A stretch of DNA of 64,000 bases from the human T2T-CHM13v2.0 reference genome, Homo sapiens. A program made the translations under genes and the position numbers. Positions 1 to 13,879 of the stretch are shown piece after piece. The stretch lies in NCBI RefSeq assembly GCF_009914755.1, contig NC_060927.1; one strand, written 5' to 3'. Numbering within the stretch: position 1 is the stretch's first letter; each line of letters starts with the position of its first letter. A model generated the notes under the pieces. That model had not been told where the DNA came from, searched no databases, and saw only the letters and a program-made list of their open reading frames with translations.

Positions 1-329
1 ACAGCAACTTGAGTGTAGTCCAAGGACATTAGGAGGAAACACATCTGTAAAGGTCTGATGGTATTTAAGAATAGAATGCATGCTGGAGGAATAGCAAATG
101 ATCAGCATGGCTGAAGCAACATAGAGAATGCTGATAGAAATTTGATTAGGTTGAAAAGGTTTATTTTAAGGTTATTAACATAAAGTAATAGTTTCCATTA
201 GCAACAAGTTATTTTAGTCAGACTATAAATATACATTTTTTAAAAAATAGGTTGAGTTAAACAAAAGAGCTTGTTGAATGTTTTTTCTAGGAGTATACTT
301 TGCCCAAGAAAATGTTTATTTACATGTGA

Positions 330-1130
<801 letters not shown>

Positions 1131-1795
1131 ACACTCAAGGGATAAAATAAACTCTCTAGTTGTAATAAAGACCGTTTTCAAACAGTGATTCCCAGTTCAG
1201 TCTTCAAAATGTAGATAAAGCAGTAGAATAATGTCAAGGTGTTTCAATTAGTCTTTGGACCCAACACTCAATGTGGCTGTCCTTATGGTGGTCTGACTAG
1301 GTATTATTCGGTCCATGTAATACCATAAGGACAATTCTGTCCAGAAAGTAGCTTCTGTGGTTAGATAAATTTGGCCAACAAGAAAGCATTGGTTGAAGTC
1401 CTCTGTAATCTTCTAACACTTATTGCATGTGTATAGTTTTAGGTACAACTTATTGTTCAATTATTTACTTTGGTTTAATAATTATAAATGATAAAAACAT
1501 ATACTTTATGCATTTATCACTGTAGCAATTATCTCAATGGATTCTATCATCCATGCTTTACTTGGAAGACTTGCCAAACATTTTTCTGATTTATTTTACT
1601 TTATTTTGTTTAGATTGAAAATTTTACTATTTCCACTGAGCAAATAAACAACAAATAGTTGTTTTTTGTCATTTAAGAGAAAATTATCTTCTTGTCAAGA
1701 TGTCCTCAGGTCATCAGATAAATTCGAATGTGTTTTATAGTGATTTTGAAATATTATAATCAAAATAGTCCCTCTTTTAAACAGATTTAAATATA

Positions 1796-1834
<39 letters not shown>
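1796..1834. repeat. Compound (TG)n(TA)n microsatellite
   Basis: Read directly from the sequence. Confidence 0.95.
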
Positions 1835-2547
1835 TTGATTTTTAAATGGAATCCTTGCATCTACTTCCATGACAATTTTTGAAAAATAAGAATTTTCAAA
1901 TATGATTTATCATATTCCACACGTGTCTCAAAAATGAGCATCAGTACTTGATAGAGCAAGTACTATTAAAATGTTACTTCACTTCTGAGTGCTTTTTTGG
2001 ACATTTATCAAAAGGGCAGTCATAAATCATCATTATATTCCTTTTTAAGCAAAAAGAAGAAGCAATACATACAGTTTGTACACCAGCAGTTTCATCCTCT
2101 CTTCATGTTGTGGCAGATTAATATCAGCTTAGCCCAAACATCCAAAGTTATGCTGTTGGCAATGTAGCCATCTGTTTTTAATGAATATCTGGGGTCCATT
2201 TTTCAGTTAAGCTTCTCTTATTGTGTGTGTATGTTGCATTTTCAGCGCTATCTGCATAATTGCTTAAAGATTTTACTGCAAAATTAATATCCTTGCTGTG
2301 AACAAGGCGAAAACCAGGATGACAGAGCCTGAGATGAGGTGAAAAGCAAATCCAATTTTTCCTTGCACCATAGAAACCTCGTCAGGACTAGCTTTATCTG
2401 GTAATCCACATTTAAACTTTAACCTGTAGGGGGGCTCTTTGTGTTAGATAATGTAAGCATAAAAGGAGGCTGAATCGCTAATCAGATTAATCATATTTTG
2501 TAAGACTCAAAAGCTTCATTAAAAGGAACTGGTATCCAAGTTACACA

Positions 2548-2568
2548 TTGTTGTTGTTGTTGTTGTTG
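2548..2568. repeat. (TTG)7 microsatellite
   Basis: Read directly from the sequence. Confidence 0.95.
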
Positions 2569-3192
2569 GCAGAATAAGAGTTTATCATTAAAAAAAAAAA
2601 AGAATGACATGAAAATGCTCAAATGTCTGCAACTTTTAGTGAACCTATAGCAAACAAGACTAAAAGACCAAATCAAATCCTAATTCATAAAATTACTTTA
2701 CATCCCAACAGAGTCAACACATAGATTACTTCAGTTTCTTCATATTTTAATCTTAGAAGACAATATTTTATAGAGGTTGTGACAGCTATTATAATTTTTC
2801 TGTATTTTGAGGAGTAATCTTCCTTTAATATCTTTATAATATATATATTTATAAATTATATATTATATATGAATTATATACAAATGTAACACATAAATGT
2901 ATAAAGATACCAGTTGATGATTTATTATTCTAAACCATTTCTCAAAAGCCATTTCTCTCATTTTGTAAGTTGGTTGCTTAAAGGAAGAAAATTTTTTGGA
3001 AATAGAGAACTTTCTCAAGAGTAACATGGAAAAGAATGATTTTGTAGGTCCAATATTTTATAAAATATGAATCAAAGAAATGCAGTAATAAATTTGTTGA
3101 AAACGAGGGAAAGAAAAAATATTATTTTTGCAAGCAAAGCAAAACTTAAAAAAAAAATATGTAGTTGATAGTCTATAGCATGACTAGGTAAT

Positions 3193-3225
3193 TGTGGGGA
3201 AAATGCAACTGTGGGGAAAATGCAA
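3193..3225. repeat. 17-bp tandem duplication
   Basis: TGTGGGGAAAATGCAA(C) x2. Confidence 0.9.
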
Positions 3226-3981
3226 TTCTGTGTATAACTTTATGCACACCAAAATCTCCCTTTTGAAAACTCAGCCCTTATACTTTAAATCAACAAATAG
3301 TTTTCAGCATATGGTATGTTGACAAATGCCTCTTAACAAAACTGCTCCAATAATAATCTTGGTGAAAGAGCATGCCAAGTAATAGCTATCAAAAATTGTT
3401 ATTCTGATATCTACCATGTAATTCTGATATCTAGATAGACGCATAAAAACATTACATCAGTTCATTTTTATTAGTACAATAGATATCATTCTAAGGAAAG
3501 ATCAATTTATAAGATTATATATTAACAGCTGTGGAACTCTAGATCTTAAAATCAACTATACAAAATTGCTAATCAAAATACATAGGTCTTTATAACCAAG
3601 TCATTTCAGATGAGGAAACTCAACCAAATGAAATAACAGTATGGTTTGTTAACAACAACAACAAAACAAATGAGAAATAGAAGCAATATCAACAGCTTGC
3701 TTAGCATGTGATGATACTACATATAATATCTAAATTAATGAATATTTTAAATTGTATTGTAAAAGATCCAAGTTTACTAACAAATCTGTAGCTTAAATAT
3801 TAGCAATAATAGTTTCTGAATGAATCATCAATAAATTTAATGTATGCTCTGTCAGCCATATAGATGTATAATTATGTTTTATAACATCAGACTGGTCTAA
3901 ATCAATAATTTCTGCATTTGTACACTTATGTGTCTATTATCTATTATCCATGATAATGAAAGTACATTTCTAATTTATCCC

Positions 3982-4074
3982 CAATATTCCAATAGTTTCT
4001 ATTGCAATATCCTCAATATTCCAATAGTTTCTACTGCAATATCCTCAATATTCCAATAGTTCTATTGCCAATAT
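3982..4074. repeat. 32-bp minisatellite, about 3 copies
   Basis: Unit CAATATTCCAATAGTTTCTATTGCAATATCCT starts at 3982, 4014 and 4046. Confidence 0.92.
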
Positions 4075-4524
4075 AAATTCTACTTTTAACCATTGAGGCA
4101 TAAGTTTTTTTTCTATAAAGTTTAATTTTCCTGGCTTGTGTTTTTCTACTTCTATCCCAACAAATTAAATAAAATGTTCAAAATAACCACTCTTAAAAAC
4201 ATTGGTATATAAATTTTGCTTTACATTTAAAAAATAACTTTACCTATGATTTTGAATTGTGAAGATCTCCACCGCTACATTAATTCCCAAAAGGAAATAA
4301 ACTGTTTTATTATTCCTTAAATGCTCTACACAAGTGTTTTAACCATCTCCTACAAAAATAAAACAAAGCCAAAAACACACACAGCCAAAAAATAAGCAGT
4401 AAATCTCAATTTTGTAAAGATTCTAACATCAGAGATCTTTGGTAATTTTAACCTCTGATGAGTTTAAGCTAATGATGAACAATGAATGTGGTACTGATGA
4501 CCTATTCATCAGAAAATTAGGCAT

Positions 4525-4660
4525 CTAACTCTTACCTCAGACTGACTGTATGATTTTGTGTAAGTCATGTCATCATCCAGATTGTCAGCTCATAATCTAT
4601 AAAATGAGAGAAATGACCTTAGTTCTCTCTAAGGCTGCTTACAAGTTGAACATTCAATGA
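4525..4660 (+). mobile_element. MIR fragment
   Basis: CTGTATGATTTTGTGTAAGTCA...CTCATAATCTATAAAATGAG resembles the MIR core. Confidence 0.6.
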
Positions 4661-5929
4661 CACTTAATGTTGAATATAGGTGATGTTTGAAGGGAAGACC
4701 TTTCTTATACAAATATAAATATTCAGAGGTTTCTGGAGTAACATGGACAAAAATATAATTGATATAACCTCAAGTTTATTCTATTAAACTATGTAGTCAT
4801 CCCTACCACACAAAGAAAATTATAAAGTTCATAAGCCCAGTAAATGCAGATAATATAGGCAGCAATTTGAATCATTTACTCCCCACAAGCCCCAAGCTAT
4901 TCTCAAATTGGCAATTTTGCCTAAACTAGGCATTTGTTTGATTGTTTTTTTTCCTCTTCCTGCCCTGAATGAATTGTGATGTTTTTACTTTGCCTCAGCA
5001 TATCAATTCAGTCATGGAAACAGGAGGCAAAAGATTCAACTTTTGGGTGATTATAATTCTTGGGCCTACAGTATGCAAAAACATTAAGCAGAATTTAAAG
5101 AATGAGCATAAATACAGATAGTGCTTTATTGTCATGTTTTCTTGATGCAAATCTCAAAGCCATCTTTTAGGTAAGATCCCCCCACCCCCACCAACCCCCG
5201 CCCCCACCGCCAAGTCGAGGGAAGGAAAAAGTCTTTACCACACTTTAAATAAAAATAAAAAATAAAAAAAAAAACAAAACAACAAAAACCTTACATGACT
5301 GCTTCCAAGGAAAAAAATTCCCCTTTGGAATAGAGAGCAGCTGTGGAGACATCTGTGGGCTGAACTGAGTCCTAGAAGAACAATTGCGCATACATCTGTG
5401 GAGATAAAATAAGTGATGGATAAAATGTGAATTAAGAGCTCACATTCTGTAGATACTATTATAAATGTATAAGAATAAAATGAGGCTCATAAAACATCTT
5501 TTTATACTTCACCATCAACTATCTGGTGAATTAAGACGTGACAATAAAAGAGCAAAGCAAGGTCAGCTGGAGGGTCACAACACTGTTCTATGGTTCTTTT
5601 TTTTTTTTTTTTTTTGCAGGGGAGACCTAAGGACACGTTTACCTTCTCTCAGCGAACACCACATATTTTCATTTGACCATCTGTACTGAGACAAATTTCA
5701 GTGGTATCGGCATACCACATGTGGCTTGTGCCACATGCATTTGTTCCTCAGTAACTTACAATATTTTTTCAAATCTTCACAACATAGTTTATTAAAATTT
5801 GAATTGGACTGCAAATAAAATACAGTTAAGACATGGAGCAAATATACTGTTCTGATGAATCGCAACAAAACACATGATCTTAGATGTCATCAGTTTCTAC
5901 CTTACTTTCCAAATAAAATATTTGACTTC

Positions 5930-6035
5930 AGAGCAGCCAAGAGACTTAGCCAAAAATCATATAGTTAGAGACAGAATTTGAACAAAAACCTAGATATCCT
6001 GGTTTTCAATCTAAAGTTCTTTACATTATACTCCT
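5930..6035 (-). mobile_element. MIR fragment
   Basis: GACTTAGCCAAAAATCATATAGTTAGAGACAGAATTTGAAC resembles antisense MIR. Confidence 0.5.
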
Positions 6036-6639
6036 TGTTAGTTCTCTTGGAAATATTTTACAAGTTTTCTGAAATAGCATTGTGTTTTGAAATAATTTGA
6101 ATGCTAATTAGAGTATAAACATCTTGAGATCAGAGAATATGCACATATTATTGAGTATAGTTATATCAAATCTTAATATTTTGATAACTTATACAATTTA
6201 AATTATTCCAGGTTATAGAAAAAGATATAAATTTTGAAATATTTAGTGTTCTTTTAAACTCTTCCCGCCAATAACTAAACAAGATATTATGAAAACACAA
6301 AGAACATATATCAATCACATTTTTGAATAAGATTACAAAACTCTTTTATAAATCATTAGCAAATCAAATTGAGCAGTATTACATAAGCAAGGAAGTTTTA
6401 CTTAAAGACTCTAAGGACAGTTAATTTGAGGGAGAAAAGTAATGTAGTCTTTGTATATTAAATTGATAAAATTTAATATTCTCTGTAAGACTGCTAAAAA
6501 TGTGAAATGAAAAAATAGCTCTTTCACATGATAAAGACTGTCTTAAAACAGACCACATAATTTTTAATTATGGAGTCACTTCTACTTTCAACACTTAGGA
6601 ATACTCTATTTAATTGCTATAAAATACATCATAGGCATA

Positions 6640-7510
6640 ACTATTATCAAAAAAAGAGACAAAACAACACTACATATAGATTATATGCTCTGTACTTGGA
6701 AAGCCCAAGGTAATCACCTGAATCAATTGAAGTATGATAAGCAGTAATATAATAAGGAAAAGAGTCAATCACAAAATAATATTTAACAGCTATAGGCAAC
6801 TTAGATTTAGAACCTGTAACAGTAAAAGAATTCAAAATAGTAAAGTGTCACATACAGTGAGAAAATATTTAACTGTAGTACTAACCTAAATAAAGAAAAT
6901 TAAAAGATTAATTAAGATAGTAAATGAAGACTCAAAGGTATGTACAGACTTATTATAGTACTGAATCAGAGGGTTTAATAACATAAAAATTTATTTCTTC
7001 AGAGTTAATCTATTAATTTAGTAAAATATTATTCAGTATAGCAAGGGATTTTTCTTAAGAATTTTGCCAAATGATTCATGAGTTAATTTGGAGTACAATA
7101 GAAAAATGTGAGAATTGTAAAAACATTTTTGGAAGGATAGTGACACAGCCTCATTGTACAAAATGTTAACTTACATTCTAAAGATATAGTAATTTAAACA
7201 GTATGATGTTGAAACAAGTATCAATGTAACAAAATATAAAAGTCAGAAACATGCCTAAGGACATGTAGTAAGTATATGATAAAGGAAGTATATCAGGTCA
7301 GTAAGGAAAGTAATAGAATTTTTAATAAATGGTATTGATATAGCATATCACAGTACATAATAAAATCGATTCCCGATGGATTAAAAATATACATTTTAAA
7401 ATAAGCTGATGGGGTATTATAATAAAATATAGTTCAAGACGTATATAAACTTGGACTGTGGATTACTTTTTAAGCCTGCTACCGGATGTAGAGCTACAAA
7501 GGCAAAAATA
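6640..7510 (+). mobile_element. Highly decayed old L1 (L1M5/L1ME) ORF2 3' region
   Basis: A-rich, with L1 ORF2-like motifs (GTTAATCTATTAATTT, TTTAATAAATGGTATTG, GATGGATTAAAAAT). Confidence 0.55.
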
Positions 7511-8239
7511 GATATATCTCCTTCTCAACACTATACCGTTATTTCCTAGTTGCTAATCTTTTTCAACATGGATGCTGCTGCTAAAACCTTCTAGACAGAC
7601 AAATTAGAAAAAGAGCACTGGGTTCCTGAGGACTTGAGAAAAAAAATAAGAAGAAGATGGTGTAGGTGTTTAGAAAAGATGATAGACATTTTCTAGTGAA
7701 ATTATATCTTCATTGAGCATGTCTGTAAAATGCAAAGACAATGTAAAATGACAATTGTATAATACTATAATAATGATTTACATTTATTTGAAATCATCAT
7801 TTTTTTTCTACATAGTGTTCTATTAATATCAGAATTTAGAATTTAAGCTGTTCATATTTTCATTCAGCTATATTATCAGTAAAATTGAGTTTTTCAAATG
7901 ATCTGCAAACCTAATCGCTCTGCTAAATATATGAGTCTGTAGGAAAATACATTTTATTTTCAAGTGACTGACATTTAAATAGACCTTGGAAATACAAACA
8001 ACTAATAAAGCAATGGATGCTTATATTTTTCTCTAGCTATTTATAATACAATTTAATATAATCACATCATTATATAATACAATAATATTAATTTATATAT
8101 AATATAAATAAAATTTACCTGGCTGATTTTAAATTGTTTGGAACTAATGACTCCTTTTATTTCTTCAATTTTCTCCTCTTTGGGGTCAGAATGTCTGTAT
8201 ATAACTGGTATCCTTTTAAATTTTTTAACTTCAAACAGT

Positions 8240-8403
8240 TTTTTTTTTAATTTTTAATTTTTGTGGGTGTATATATATATATGGTATACATGAGATGTTT
8301 TGATACAGGCATACAATGTGAAATAAGCACATCATGAAAATGGGGTATGTATCTCCTCAAGCATTCATCCACTGATGTTCTCATTTATTTGTGGGATCAA
8401 AAA
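8240..8403 (-). mobile_element. L1MA(2/3-like) 3' terminal fragment with a short inverted 5' piece
   Basis: TTTTTGTGGGTGTATA...CATGAGATGTTTTGATACAGGCAT...CCTCAAGCATT is the antisense L1MA 3' end; ATGTTCTCATTTATTTGTGGGATC follows in sense orientation. Confidence 0.75.
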
Positions 8404-9147
8404 ACTTTTTCAACTTTTTGACTCTTCTGTAAAAACATTTCACTTAAAACAGCAACACATTGTATAATGTACAAAAATATTTTCTGTCTGTATATCCTTA
8501 TTCTATAAGGTTTATTCTATTTTTAAAATTTTAATTTTTTTTTCTTTTCTTTTTGTACTTTTCAAACCTTTTTGTTAAAAACTACTATGTAAACACATAC
8601 AGTGGCCTAGGCCAACACAGGGTCAGGATCAATATCATTGGCTTCTACCTCCATGTTTTGTTCCGCTGGAAGGTCTTTAGAGACACTGACATGCATGGAT
8701 CTGTTATCTTCTATAATAACAATGCCTTCTTTGGAATACCTCCTGAAGGACTACTTTACAATAGTGGGAAGTTTGATTCTACTGAAAGCCGCTATTTTAC
8801 AATTAACTTCCTTTGTATATAAGTAGAAAAGGTACATTATAAAATAACAATACAAATTATAGTATAGTAAATAGATAAACCAGTAACATGGTCATTTATT
8901 ATCATTATCGAGTATTATGTATTGTACATAATTGTATGTGCCATACTTTTAGATAAATGGCAATGCAGTAGGATTTTTAACATCAGCACCACCACAAACA
9001 CATCAGTGACGTGTTGTGCTACAATGTTATGACAGCTATGATGTCACTGGGCAATAGGAATTTTTCAGCTTCATTATAATCTTATGAGACCACCATCATA
9101 CATGTGATCCATCATTGACTAAAACGTTGTTATGTGGCACATGACTA
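8404..9147 (-). mobile_element. Tigger3(b) DNA transposon, truncated at the left
   Basis: Right end ACGTTGTTATGTGGCACATGACTA is the reverse complement of the Tigger3 terminus; internal GGAATTTTTCAGCTTCATTATAATCTTATGAGACCACC and GAATACCTCCTGAAGGAC. Confidence 0.88.
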
Positions 9148-10881
9148 TTTGAATGGTTGTTTTTACTCAAACTTCATGAAGACGAAAGGATTTGTTAAGA
9201 ACAAATGCATCTTTTCTGCAATGAGAATGAACTTAAATTTGCTATGTTTATTATGTAAATTTATTATATGAACACATACAAAATATACTCAGTGAATATT
9301 AATGCACATCAACAATGTGAAAGAGGTTTCCAGTCACACTAACAGGAAGAGTTTCTCCTTAATGTGGCCCCCAATTTACAATAGCTTCTTAACTTGGCCA
9401 GCAATGTAACCCTTCCTGTGGAACATCATTAACACCCAGATAAATATGGATTCAGATGCTGAGTTTGAATCATTTCACAAGAAACAGTTAAAGGCAGAAT
9501 AAATGAATTATCCACCACTCATACTGGTGGCCAATAATCAAGACAGATGTGTTTCCTCTATTTGAAAAGAGGTTGCTTTTCTATCTTCAAGTTTCCTGAG
9601 ACAGTCCTTAAGAGAACCAGAAAACATACGTAGAAATGGCTTTTTGCATAATCCCGAGGTCCTATCTTTGCCAATATGAAGGCAGTGACAGTTGCATCAT
9701 TGGTCAGACTCACTGAGAAATAACAGATATATTCTGGGTGGCTTCTTTGTTCTAACAGCATCTCTCTTGTTCTCTTTTTACACTTCATGAATTGATACTT
9801 CTGAATTTCTGCCTCTTTGGCTTCTTGCCCTGAATTTCTATCTCTCATAGAAAAAAAAATACAACATGCTTGAAATACTTCACTTGTTAATGAAGCTACA
9901 GTGATGATCTTCTTAGAGTCATGCTATTTGTCCTAGCTCAAAGTTAACAGCTAAAAATCTAGAGGGGAGGCCAGTCAGATACCAAGTCCAGAGCCATATT
10001 TTAAGTAAGGATAACAACTGGATAAGTTAGGTAAGTGCTGAAATAGTCAAGAGTTCAGTTGGAATTAGCATGAAAAGACACATATTTTGTGTTTTGGGGA
10101 GAATTTCTGGCACAAGATTTGGAGTAAAAGATGGCAAATCAGGGTTAAAGTCTGGTCACAAAATTATACATATATTAGGTTGCATCAAAGACAAAACGGC
10201 AAAAGCCTGATATATCATTTGGTCAACAGCCTTCAGATTTTTTCCCATTCTATGTCTCCTAATGGTCTTTCCTGAGAAGAGCTTATAGAGATGGCCTATG
10301 ACAGGCCAGGCATGAAGAGGTAAGAACCAGGCACAAAATTAGTTTAATGCCCATGAGTCACAACCCCCTAGCCGCTTCAGCCTGCCACTAATCAGAGTGG
10401 TAAATGTAAGGAGTGTGTGGGAAGTTTGATTCTACCAAAAGCAAGATGATGTCAAATCAAAGCAATGTGTCACTACAAACACTAGGGAAAGAATAACAAT
10501 TGCAAATGCCAGGAACATTGGATTACACTTAATTGAAACATTATAACTCTGTCCAGGGGGAGAGGGGAGTGGGAAGTGCTACTGTAGAGGCCACATTTGT
10601 TGTAAAAGAGTTGCTAGTAGTGTCTTCTGTAGCACAAAACTGTAAAGGAAAAGTCTGCTTAGTGAACCATTGGCTTTTTAAGCTCATAGAAGCAGTATGG
10701 CTGCAATGCCTCACTAAAGAAAACACAAAGCTGTAGAGAGGGAGAAAAAGTGGGGTGCTCACTTTGACCTGAACAGTGAGGATTATTAGTGTCATTATTA
10801 GTAGCTTGATTAAGAAACCTGTAGCTGACTGTGTGATAAATCGAGTATTTCAATGCAGAATGGCAGTGCTCAAATAAAGGC

Positions 10882-10922
10882 ATCTCTCTCTCTCTCTCTG
10901 TCTCTCTCCCCCTTCTCTCTTT
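10882..10922. repeat. (TC)n-rich tract
   Basis: Read directly from the sequence. Confidence 0.85.
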
Positions 10923-12199
10923 CTGTATGAGATATGACTTAGAACACATGGCAGAATGCTTAGTGTCATTCATGCGGGGAGCTAAAATAGAAATTCAAAA
11001 TCTCAAAACCAATCTTAGAGACTTTGTTCAGAAATGGAGCAGATTGAAATGACCTCTCACAACAGATTGTGTCAGAAGAAAAGGGAAAGAGGCCATTTCT
11101 ATAAGGCAGCAAAATAATATGAAATGACAGAACCTGATGCCTTACCAGTGTATGTATGTCACTGAAAAATTGCAATAGCAGAGGCATTTGTATTGATCAA
11201 GTAAACGAGTGGCAACAAATCAAATTAACCTATGTTAGTTTCAACAACCGAAAACAAAGGATAAAGAAAAATGTATTATGAAAATGAAGATTTAATCAAA
11301 CCAGAAATTTAAAATCAAATGTTATATTTGCCCATTCCTCTTTCACAATATATGGCTTTTCTGGAAAAGCCTCTATGCAGGGTCTCTGAAAGCATTTCCT
11401 AGATTACTGGAAAATAAAATGGTGTCTTCTTGGGAGATTATTGTCTCCTATTGTCTCCGCTGAGGGCTTGAATCCTGTACATGGGGTTTCCCATCAGGAT
11501 AAAATTATTAAATGTGTCATAGTTTACAATAAAATTCTTGGGCTTCTACTTCCTTATGTTTCTAATTAACATAAAATGTCCTTTTCACTTGCATAAGAGT
11601 ATTGCTAAAGTTATATTTATCATTACTGAAATCTGGAAACTTTAGGCTCATAGAAGTTTAAAATTTCCTGCAGACTTCAAAATATCAGAACTGAATGAAA
11701 ACTGAAAATCTGTTTATTCCAAAGGCTGCAGAAAAGAAAATTGAGTGCAGAGAAATGGAAGGGGTTACCTACTAGCCATAGGAATTAGGCATAAAATGAA
11801 GAAAATTGCAACAGAATGGGCTGCACTCAGATTTCCCGTTTTATCTGGAGATGCATATGAAAGAATTTATGTAAAAACAGGATGTTGGTATGAAGCGTCC
11901 ACTTAAATCATTTTACTGAAATTAAAATAGTTACTTAAAGTGTTAGTAATAACAATGGAAACACATGTATTTCTAGCAATACATTCATTTTAAGATTTGA
12001 ATTTATAAGAATATAAAATAGTGAATTAATAAAATGTAGTAGACTCACATTCTAAACAGGTAGATCACAGTTATCTGGAGGGGGTTACTTTAGTCTTCCT
12101 TCCCTTCTTCCTTTCCTTTTTTCCCCTTTTCTCCCTTTCTTCTTGTTCCTTCTTCTCCTTTTCCTCCTCCTAGTCCTCCTTCTTTTTCATTTAGTATTT

Positions 12200-12687
12200 T
12201 GGTGGTTTTTAAATATCCACAAAATGTTTGACACTCTTACCTTGTGTAGGTGGAGCTTAATATCCCAGTGGCCTGGTCTGAGTGACTCTTTTCTAATGCA
12301 TAGAATATTGGGGAAGTAGCCATGTGTAACTTCTGACACCAAGTCATAAAAGACATTTGTAACATTCTTGGATCATTTGCTCTGAAAGTAGCCAGCTGCC
12401 ATGTCAATAGGACATTCAAGCTATCTGGAGACCTCCATGTGGTGAGGAACTGAAGCCTCCTGCCCACACCCTTGTGAGTGAGCTATCTTGGAGATGGATC
12501 TTCTGGCCCCCACTTGAGCCATGAGATGACCCCAGCCTACTTCAATTTCACGAGAGATTCTGAGCCAAAACCATTCAGCTAAGCTGCTCATAAATTCTTG
12601 ACCTACAGAACAGTAATATAATAATTATTTCTTTTTTGAAGTCTCTGAATTTAAGATAATTTGTAATGTAACATAGAAACTAATATA
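12200..12687 (+). mobile_element. MLT1F-like MaLR solo LTR
   Basis: GCCAGCTGCCATGT, CCATGTGGTGAGGAACTGAAGCCTCC, GTGAGTGAGCTATCTTGGA, CAGCTAAGCTGCTC, and terminal ATAGAAACTAATA. Confidence 0.85.
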
Positions 12688-12803
12688 AATATGCTCCCTT
12701 TCTCATGTTAAACTTTGTAATATGCTTCCCAGTAATGAGAAAGCTTTCTTTTAAAATGTAATTATGCAAGTATCACATATTCTCCATGAAAATAGAGAAT
12801 TCT

Positions 12804-13463
<660 letters not shown>

Positions 13464-13499
13464 TAAATATGAAGGGGAAGAAGAGGAGAATATGAGGTA

Positions 13500-13815
13500 A
13501 CAGAGTTGGTTGGGAAGAGGCACAGCAGTTGTAGTACGAAATACTGTATCAGGGTAAGCACCTTTGAGATAGTGAGATTTGAGAAAATCTTAAAGACAGT
13601 GAGGAATGAAGTCATATTCCTATCTCAGGGAAGGCTTTGAGGCAGAGGGAATTGATAGTACAAAGACTGTAATGTTAGATCATGCCTGGCTGGTCAACAA
13701 ACTGCAATAAGACCAGTGCTAATGAAACAAAGAACAGAAGATGAAGCCAGAGAAGGAAGCAGATAGGAGGAGAAAATCAAAAGGGAATCTGCAGGCCATT
13801 TTAAAGACCTGATTT
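13500..13815 (-). mobile_element. L2 fragment
   Basis: GGCAGAGGGAATTGATAGTACAAAGACTG...GCAGGCCATTTTAAAGAC, typical antisense L2. Confidence 0.55.
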
Positions 13816-13879
13816 TTAAAAACATTTTCTTATGTTCTACCTTGTTTATTATGCAAGTGTATTTGTTGGTAAAATTTAA

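Noticed and set aside
3982-4074. Palindromic 32-bp repeats resembling a CRISPR array
   Set aside because: The units are contiguous with no spacers, and the context is primate DNA with no cas genes.
4455-4530. CTGATGA...GAAA resembling a hammerhead core, or C/D snoRNA boxes
   Set aside because: No stem II or III pairing around the core, and the C-to-D box distance is too short.
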